Positions 1 through 4,351 of a stretch of 5,417 nucleotides of DNA are shown here, piece by piece. This DNA is from Candidatus Iainarchaeum sp. (lineage in GTDB: Archaea; Iainarchaeota; Iainarchaeia; Iainarchaeales; GCA-2688035): NCBI GenBank assembly GCA_028713935.1, contig JAQTNI010000057.1:1-5417 (forward strand), given 5' to 3'. How positions within the stretch are numbered: the stretch's first letter is position 1; each line of letters opens with the position of its first letter. The notes under the pieces are model-generated. The model ran no database searches, had not been told where the DNA came from, and was given only the letters and a program-made list of their open reading frames with translations. The translations under genes and the position numbers were made by a program.

Positions 1-1004
1 AAGAATTATACAATATTATAAAACAAGAAAATTTTGAAACAGGAAAGGGGAATGAAAAACAGGCAGATGCAATTAACCCGTACATAGAAAATCTTGTTAA
101 AAAAACAAAAATTGAAAAAAAATTTAAAATAGTAATAAATGCAAGAAATGGGATTGCAGGCTCGATTGCCCCAAAAGTTTTCCGCGCAGCAGGCATGGAT
201 GTAACAGAACAATTTTGTGAAATTGACTTCAATTACCCCAATGGCGATGCAAACCCAAGCATTAATTCAATGCTCGAAGAGCTTGGAAAAAAAGTTGTAA
301 AAAACAAAGCAGACATTGGGCTTGCATTTGATGCAGATGGGGACAGGCTGGGAATAACTGATGAAAAAGGCAGAACAATTTATCCCGACAAGTTTTTGAT
401 TCTGCTTGCAAGGCGGGTTTTAAAAGACAAGCCAGGTGCGCCAATAATTTTTGATGTCAAATCAACCCAGGCGCTTGAAGAGGACATAAAAAAACACGGC
501 GGCAAGCCCATAATGTGGCTGACAGGCCATTCTTTTATAAAACAAAAAATGCAGGCCCTGAAAGCACCGCTTGCAGGAGAAAGAAGCGGCCATATTTTTT
601 ACAGGGAAGGCTATTATGGATTTGACGATGCCTGCTTTGCAGCACTCAAGCTCCTCGAATATATCGCTTCTGAAAAAAAACCCTTGTCTAAAATAATGAA
701 AACAATCCCACTTTATTATGCCTCACCAGTATTCCACGCGCCATGCCCTGATGAAATAAAAAAAGAAGTTTGCGAAAGAGTTGTACAGCACCTAAAAAAG
801 AAATTTTCAAAAGTGATTGACATTGACGGCGCAAGAGTTATTTTTAAAGACGGCTGGGGTCTTGTAAGATTGTCCTCAAACATGCCAGTCTTAGTCCTTG
901 TTTTTGAGGCAAAAACAAAAAAAAGCCTGAAAGCAATAGAAAAAATTTTCAGAAAAGAATTATCCTTATTTCCGGAAATTGGAAAAAAATGGGAAAACGG
1001 TTAA
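1..1004 (+). CDS. manB: Phosphomannomutase/phosphoglucomutase (alpha-D-phosphohexomutase family), 5'-truncated by the window edge; domains II-IV present
   Basis: Frame 3 is open from nt 3. ELYNIIKQENFETGKGNEKQADAINPYIENLVKKTKIEKKFKIVINARNGIAGSIAPKVFRAAG precedes the Met at 195, so the ORF-track start at 195 is internal. The protein has the metal-binding loop DADGDR (330-347), the sugar-binding loop GERSGH (576-593) and the domain-IV phosphate loop GWGLVRLSSNMPVLVLVFEA (RLSSNMP = 867-887). These are collinear with P. aeruginosa AlgC / ManB-type PMM/PGM as I recall that sequence. The phosphoserine loop (domain I) must lie upstream of the window. Stop is TAA at 1002-1004. Confidence 0.92.
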   Translation, partial: ELYNIIKQENFETGKGNEKQADAINPYIENLVKKTKIEKKFKIVINARNGIAGSIAPKVFRAAGMDVTEQFCEIDFNYPNGDANPSINSMLEELGKKVVKNKADIGLAFDADGDRLGITDEKGRTIYPDKFLILLARRVLKDKPGAPIIFDVKSTQALEEDIKKHGGKPIMWLTGHSFIKQKMQALKAPLAGERSGHIFYREGYYGFDDACFAALKLLEYIASEKKPLSKIMKTIPLYYASPVFHAPCPDEIKKEVCERVVQHLKKKFSKVIDIDGARVIFKDGWGLVRLSSNMPVLVLVFEAKTKKSLKAIEKIFRKELSLFPEIGKKWENG

Positions 1005-1028
1005 GCCTGGCAATGCCTACGGGCAATT

Positions 1029-1069
1029 AAAAAATAAAAAAAAAGAAAAAGAGCCCGTTTTTTTGGGCT
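1029..1069. terminator. Convergent-gene termination region: T-rich tract for the minus-strand gene (1029-1050) and a weak hairpin with T7 loop (1052-1069)
   Basis: The minus strand reads T5-C-T9-A-T6 at 26-47 nt past the stop at 1076. AGCCC (1052-1056) and GGGCT (1065-1069) form a 5-bp stem around GTTTTTTT. The T7 run at 1058-1064 lies 54 nt after the PMM/PGM stop on the + strand. The stem is too weak to be a canonical bacterial intrinsic terminator. Confidence 0.35.
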
Positions 1070-1075
1070 GATTAT

Positions 1076-1711
1076 TTATTGCGCTGAATTGCCAGGCCAT
1101 TGAGCAGATTCTGGTGGATTCACACAGGTTGGCTCTGCAGAACCGTTCATTAATGCCACAAAGGGATTAATGTCTGCATCGTCAACATTGCCACTGCCAT
1201 CAATGTCTGCGTACCAAGCGTCATTTTCGTTGTGATTTTTCAGGAACTGCGCAAAAGGATTTATGTCCCCAAAGTTAACGTTTCCGTCATGATTAAGGTC
1301 TCCTTTGCACTGTGGTCCTTCATACCCAAAATTTGGTCCTGATGTTTCAGGATCAGTAGGGTTTGCAAGGCAATCATTTGCTGGTCCGCCCTTAACAATC
1401 AATGCCACAAAAGGATTTATGTCCCTAAAGTCAACAAAGCCGTCGCCCGAAATGTCTGCTCTGTAAACAGTTGCTGGGCTGTCCTGATAGTGGAATGCAT
1501 GCACGAAAGGAGTTATGTCTTTGAATGTAATCTGTCCGTCCTCATCCAAGTCTCCCCTGCATACAAGCAGATCCCTGCTTTTTTCAGAAACGCTTTCAAG
1601 GCTGCCTGCATATTCAACGGCTTTTCCGATTTTACTGGATGCCATTGGCGCTATGAAAATGCTTCCAAACAAGACTGTCAAGACAATTGCGAAAAAAGCA
1701 ATTTTTTTCAT
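1076..1711 (-). CDS. Secreted small protein (211 aa) with four dockerin-type / EF-hand-like Ca-binding repeats arranged as two duplicated modules
   Basis: ATG at 1709-1711 is preceded by a strong SD (GGGGGTGAT, 1715-1723, 3-nt spacer). The N-terminus MKKIAFFAIVLTVLFGSIFIAPMASS looks like a Sec signal peptide. There are four 12-residue loops matching D-x-[DNS]-x-[DS]-G-x-h-x-x-x-D: DLDEDGQITFKD, DISGDGFVDFRD, DLNHDGNVNFGD, DIDGSGNVDDAD. Each is followed by DI(N/T)PF(V/A). Stop is TAA at 1076-1078. Confidence 0.85.
   Translation of the reverse strand: MKKIAFFAIVLTVLFGSIFIAPMASSKIGKAVEYAGSLESVSEKSRDLLVCRGDLDEDGQITFKDITPFVHAFHYQDSPATVYRADISGDGFVDFRDINPFVALIVKGGPANDCLANPTDPETSGPNFGYEGPQCKGDLNHDGNVNFGDINPFAQFLKNHNENDAWYADIDGSGNVDDADINPFVALMNGSAEPTCVNPPESAQWPGNSAQ
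1148..1561 (-). repeat. Four intragenic repeats encoding Ca-binding loop-helix segments (approximately 1493-1561, 1397-1465, 1241-1309, 1148-1213)
   Basis: Protein-level repeats are CRGDLDEDGQITFKDITPFVHAF, YRADISGDGFVDFRDINPFVALI, CKGDLNHDGNVNFGDINPFAQFL and YADIDGSGNVDDADINPFVALM. The repetition also shows at DNA level on the + strand as recurring a-a-a-g-g-a-t-t-t-a-t-g-t-c-c-like strings near 1160, 1255, 1408 and 1505. Spacing is 32 aa within each pair and 84 aa between pairs. Confidence 0.85.
1634..1711 (-). other. Predicted N-terminal signal peptide of the dockerin-like protein (about residues 1-24/26)
   Basis: It has a basic n-region (MKK), a roughly 17-residue hydrophobic core (IAFFAIVLTVLFGSIFIA) and a small-residue c-region (PMA/SS). 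This is a by-eye judgement; no predictor was run. Confidence 0.6.
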
Positions 1712-1714
1712 TTT

Positions 1715-1723
1715 ATCACCCCC
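1715..1723 (-). promoter_or_regulatory. Shine-Dalgarno site (GGGGGTGAT) for the dockerin-like gene
   Basis: The minus strand reads GGGGGGTGATAAAATG. GGTGAT is complementary to the conserved 16S rRNA 3' end (..GAUCACCUCC). The spacer to the ATG is 3 nt. Confidence 0.55.
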
Positions 1724-1762
1724 CTATATTACTCTATCGAATTAAATAGTGAACCGCAACCT

Positions 1763-1778
1763 ATAAAAAGGTTTTCCT
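1763..1778 (-). promoter_or_regulatory. Candidate archaeal-type TATA box (TTTTTATA, 1763-1770) with purine-rich BRE-like upstream flank (AGGAAAAC, 1771-1778) for the dockerin-like gene
   Basis: It lies about 52-60 nt upstream of the ATG at 1711. A TSS about 25 nt downstream would leave a roughly 30-nt leader that includes the SD. This is a motif-level guess only. Confidence 0.3.
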
Positions 1779-1849
1779 AACATTCGGCAATTGGCTAATT
1801 TTGCAAAATTTTTTTTGCCTGTGTTATTTGAAATTTCCGTAATAATTAG

Positions 1850-1858
1850 TTTTTTATT
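1850..1858 (+). promoter_or_regulatory. Candidate TATA-like A/T box (TTTTTTATT) for the 1895..2632 gene
   Basis: It is centred about 41 nt upstream of the ATG at 1895. The predicted TSS near 1880 would leave a short leader containing GTGAT. The background is AT-rich, so specificity is low. Confidence 0.22.
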
Positions 1859-1894
1859 CTTTGCCTGCATTGCTTTTAATGAAAGTGATTGTTA

Positions 1895-2632
1895 ATGGCT
1901 TTTATGAGAAGGCTTAAGTCAATTTTTGCCGGAAAAACAAAAGTGCAGGTTCCAACGCCAGAACCGCCAGTGCCTGCCAACGAACCAGTTTCCCAGCAAT
2001 CAGTACCCCCTAGCAACCCAATTCCAAGAGGAATGAGCCCTTCTAGCTTGCCAACCATAAGGCCTGCCAGGCCTGGCTCTCTTGCCAAACTTTCCGTGCC
2101 TTCTGGAAAAAAGGCGCATCTGCAGCCAAAAGAACCCACGCTTTTGCAAGAAGATCCCACAAAAAGAAATCCTCAAAGGGACGTCCCCCTTAAAGCAAAA
2201 GGGGAAGAAGCAAGGCTTATTGGGATACTTGGCAAGAGAACAATTGCGCAAAGGATATCATTGAAAGCTTTTGAGGAAAGGCATGAGAAAATAAATAGAC
2301 AGGTTGCTGCAATTGCCCCGATTGGCGCAAAAAACTCTGTTTTTGTAAAAGCAGTTGAAGACTATTTCAAAGGAAAGCATGCTGTTAAAGACCCTAAACA
2401 AAGCGGCCTTAGCCAAAGCGACATTGAAGATGTATTCAAATCAATGGCAAGGGAAACTTTCCAGTCAAGCTTTGTTGAGCCTTGGAAAGGGGCTTTTGAG
2501 ATGGTAGGAAGAATAAATGAACGGCAGAAAGCAGCCGGCTCAAGCCCTGAACAAATAAAACAAGTTGTTGCAGAAGCATTGGCTGTTTCTTTTGCCCAAA
2601 TGATTCGCAAAGGGCAATGGCCAACTCATTAA
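1895..2632 (+). CDS. Hypothetical protein (about 245 aa): short basic amphipathic N-terminus, proline-rich low-complexity region, helical C-terminal domain
   Basis: It is a long ORF in an AT-rich background. The ORF-track start at 1889 is a TTG. I prefer the ATG at 1895 because GTGAT (1886-1890, partial SD) lies 4 nt upstream; the ATG at 1904 is also possible. Stop is TAA at 2630-2632, followed by a T10 run. I recognise no family motif. Confidence 0.78.
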   Translation: MAFMRRLKSIFAGKTKVQVPTPEPPVPANEPVSQQSVPPSNPIPRGMSPSSLPTIRPARPGSLAKLSVPSGKKAHLQPKEPTLLQEDPTKRNPQRDVPLKAKGEEARLIGILGKRTIAQRISLKAFEERHEKINRQVAAIAPIGAKNSVFVKAVEDYFKGKHAVKDPKQSGLSQSDIEDVFKSMARETFQSSFVEPWKGAFEMVGRINERQKAAGSSPEQIKQVVAEALAVSFAQMIRKGQWPTH

Positions 2633-2638
2633 TTCCTG

Positions 2639-2648
2639 TTTTTTTTTT
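2639..2648 (+). terminator. Oligo-T (T10) termination signal downstream of the 1895..2632 gene
   Basis: A T10 run starts 7 nt after the TAA stop, in a 37-bp convergent intergenic spacer. Oligo-T tracts are the known archaeal termination signal. No strong hairpin precedes it. Confidence 0.45.
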
Positions 2649-2655
2649 GGCTTGT

Positions 2656-2662
2656 AAAAAAA
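2656..2662 (-). terminator. Oligo-T (T7 on minus strand) downstream of the galT-like gene
   Basis: An A7 run on the + strand lies 8-14 nt beyond the minus-strand TAA at 2670-2672. Confidence 0.35.
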
Positions 2663-2669
2663 GTTTTTG

Positions 2670-3632
2670 TTATTCCCTGTAAAATTTTGCTGCTTCTTCC
2701 GGCGGGACAGTGTTTATTACGCATCCTGTTGCATATTCGAATCCGCCCCAGGAAAGCAGCCTTGGATTGATTTTTATATGGCAATGCAAATCTTTTCCCT
2801 GCGAGGCATTATGAAGATACATGTTGTAGGGTGCATTCAATTTTTTAAGTTTTGAAAAAATTTTTTTAATTATTTTTGCATAATCCGAAAGCTCGGCATC
2901 TGAAAAATTCACTATGCTTGTAACATGCCTTTTTGGAAAAATTTTGACTTCAAAGGCAAATCTTGAAGCGTAGGGAGTGAAGGCGATTGCGTTTTTTGTT
3001 TCAGCCACAAGCCTTGCGCTTTTTCTTTCTGTTTTTATAAGCTCGCAGTAAGGGCATTTGCGGAATTTTTTTTCATAGTCCATTGCGGCATTTTCCTCGT
3101 TGTCAACTGTTTCCGCAAGCTTGTTGTACGCGATTATCTGGGTGTGGGTATGCCTGATTGATGCGCCTGCTTCTTTTCCCTCGTTTTTGAAAACAGCGAC
3201 CTGCTTTATTTTCGGGTCTGCGCTTAAAGTCAAAATCCTGCTTATGTATAATTCAAGGATTTTTTTTATTTTTGCGGTTGAAAAATCAGCCATTGTTTTT
3301 CCATGTTCAGGAGTTTCAACAATCACTTCATGATGGCCATATGCATGGGAGTGCATGAAAAAATCGTCTTCCTGTTTTATTTCAGAATCGCCTTTTGTGT
3401 CAACTGCGGGAAACTTGTTTGGGAAAACCCTCATTTCCCATTTGCTGTTTTTTTCAATCCTCATTATTTCCGGGGGAGTTGATTGCTCATTGCCAGGGCA
3501 AAAAAAGCATTTTTTTTCAGCCCCTTTTTCAATCGGCTCAGGAATTTTCTTGAAATCCATTGGCCGTTTTGCCCTTTCAGGGACAATTATTACCCATCTG
3601 TTCCTCAAATAGTCTTTTCTGAGCTCTGCCAT
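2670..3632 (-). CDS. galT: Galactose-1-phosphate uridylyltransferase family protein (HIT superfamily, GalT branch); possibly a nucleotide-sugar:phosphate nucleotidyltransferase (phosphorylase)
   Basis: The N-terminus is LRKDYLRNRWVIIVPERAKRP. The zinc-knuckle-like motif CFFCPGNE is at 3486-3509, and FPNKFPA is present. The active-site motif H-x-H-x-Q appears as VFKNEGKEAGASIRHTHTQIIA (HTHTQ = 3138-3152). The second half-domain carries CPYCE, a degenerate HCHIKINPR and the C-terminal GGFEYATGCVINTVPPEEAAKF. All are collinear with class-I GalT and GalT-like enzymes. Start is ATG at 3630-3632 with GGTG just upstream; stop is TAA at 2670-2672. Confidence 0.9.
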   Translation of the reverse strand: MAELRKDYLRNRWVIIVPERAKRPMDFKKIPEPIEKGAEKKCFFCPGNEQSTPPEIMRIEKNSKWEMRVFPNKFPAVDTKGDSEIKQEDDFFMHSHAYGHHEVIVETPEHGKTMADFSTAKIKKILELYISRILTLSADPKIKQVAVFKNEGKEAGASIRHTHTQIIAYNKLAETVDNEENAAMDYEKKFRKCPYCELIKTERKSARLVAETKNAIAFTPYASRFAFEVKIFPKRHVTSIVNFSDAELSDYAKIIKKIFSKLKKLNAPYNMYLHNASQGKDLHCHIKINPRLLSWGGFEYATGCVINTVPPEEAAKFYRE

Positions 3633-3654
3633 GCACCATCATAAGGCAATTCCA

Positions 3655-4299
3655 CTATTTAATTTTTTGCTGGGCAGGAGCCATAGGGGAATAATCTTTA
3701 TGAAGATCCCCTATTGGAAAGAAAATAAATTTTCCATTTTTAAAATCTGCCAATAACACATTGTCGGGTTTTAAACCAGTCCTCTGCAGCAGTGCATCTC
3801 TGGCTTTGCGCAATTGCCCTTCGGTTACGTTGTGAGTTGCCCTGATTTTTTCAAAAAAATCAATTCCTCTTTTTGTTTTTTCCAATAATATTTCATCCAG
3901 GCTTGGGCAATTTGTTTTAACCATGGCTATTATGCGGGGTGCCACTGCATAAAGAAAAGGCATTTTCAATTCATAATCCCCGGGCCTGTGTTCTATGTTG
4001 TGTTTTTGCACCATTGCCCTGATTCCTTCAATTGTTTTTTGTGCAGTGAAGCCTGCGTGAGTGTGTTTCAATGCCAATTCCAGATTTGGATGCCGCCTGG
4101 ATACCTGCAGCTGCCGCACCCGTTCCCCTGCGGTTATAGCTGCACCCGGTTCAGTCCGGGTTTTTCCCCGATGGTCAATGCCAGGCAACCGAGTGAAAAA
4201 TCTGTAAAGGTCTTCCGGGTGCCCTGCTCTTTTTTCTTTCTGCTTTGCTAAACTGCGCAGTTTGCTTATGAGTTTGAAAGGAACAGGGCTTGTAGGCAT
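3655..4299 (-). CDS. Hypothetical protein (214 aa), no confident family assignment; C-terminal half has protein-kinase-like hinge/catalytic-loop-like strings
   Basis: The 645-nt ORF ends (TAG, 3655-3657) 22 bp upstream of the galT-like start, so the two are probably co-transcribed. There is no signal peptide or TM segment. Strings of note are MPFLYAVAPRIIAMVKTNCPSLDEILLE (3883-3963) and LKPDNVLLADFKNGKFIFFPIGD (3706-3774). The confidence value refers to this being a real CDS, not to any function. Confidence 0.8.
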   Translation of the reverse strand: MPTSPVPFKLISKLRSLAKQKEKRAGHPEDLYRFFTRLPGIDHRGKTRTEPGAAITAGERVRQLQVSRRHPNLELALKHTHAGFTAQKTIEGIRAMVQKHNIEHRPGDYELKMPFLYAVAPRIIAMVKTNCPSLDEILLEKTKRGIDFFEKIRATHNVTEGQLRKARDALLQRTGLKPDNVLLADFKNGKFIFFPIGDLHKDYSPMAPAQQKIK

Positions 4300-4322
4300 G
4301 ATTGAATATAATGCGCTTAAGA

Positions 4323-4331
4323 TTAAAAAAA
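4323..4331 (-). promoter_or_regulatory. T7AA tract (minus strand TTTTTTTAA) in the 52-bp spacer: possible internal TATA box for a near-leaderless 3655..4299 transcript and/or oligo-T terminator for the upstream gene
   Basis: It is centred about 28 nt upstream of the ATG at 4299, which has no SD. That geometry fits archaeal leaderless mRNAs. The same tract lies 21-27 nt downstream of the 4352 stop. The role is ambiguous. Confidence 0.2.
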
Positions 4332-4351
4332 TGCCGATTCAAAATCAATTT

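Noticed and set aside
6-212. 68-aa minus-strand ORF at the left edge
   Set aside because: It lies entirely antisense to the open PMM/PGM reading frame, which continues to the window edge. The product is low-complexity and Phe/Cys/Ile-rich, typical of the antisense frame of an AT-rich gene.
673-924. A8/T8 homopolymer runs inside coding regions (for example 673-680, 917-924, 3066-3073) as possible frameshift or phase-variation sites
   Set aside because: All affected reading frames are intact across the runs. They encode Lys-Lys-Lys or Phe-Phe strings typical of AT-rich genomes, and no alternative frame continues productively.
1490-1780. 96-aa and 76-aa plus-strand ORFs overlapping the dockerin-like gene
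   Set aside because: They are antisense to a gene with a strong SD, a signal peptide and a fourfold repeat structure. Their products have no features and no start context.
1895-1945. The N-terminus MAFMRRLKSIFAGK resembles the membrane-targeting helices of SepF or the N-termini of ESCRT-III proteins
   Set aside because: The rest of the protein does not show the conserved SepF C-terminal domain pattern. It also lacks the ESCRT-III helical hairpin directly after the N-terminus, where a roughly 80-residue Pro-rich spacer intervenes. A short amphipathic helix alone is not diagnostic.
1876-2264. Overlapping ORFs 1876..2160(-), 2000..2251(-) and 2082..2264(+) within the Pro-rich gene
   Set aside because: They arise because the locally GC-rich, proline-codon-rich segment is depleted in stop codons in all frames. 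None has a start context or recognisable motif. The 247-aa sense frame is far longer.
4144-4165. Textbook-looking intrinsic terminator on the + strand (ACCCGG-TTCAGT-CCGGGT followed by TTTT)
   Set aside because: No plus-strand gene lies upstream of it, and it sits inside a minus-strand CDS. It is more likely a by-product of the coding sequence. I kept it only as part of the low-interest structure finding.
3988-4251. 87-aa plus-strand ORF antisense to the 214-aa gene
   Set aside because: The explanation is the same: a GC-rich island with few stops. There is no SD or promoter, and the product is Cys/Phe-rich and implausible.
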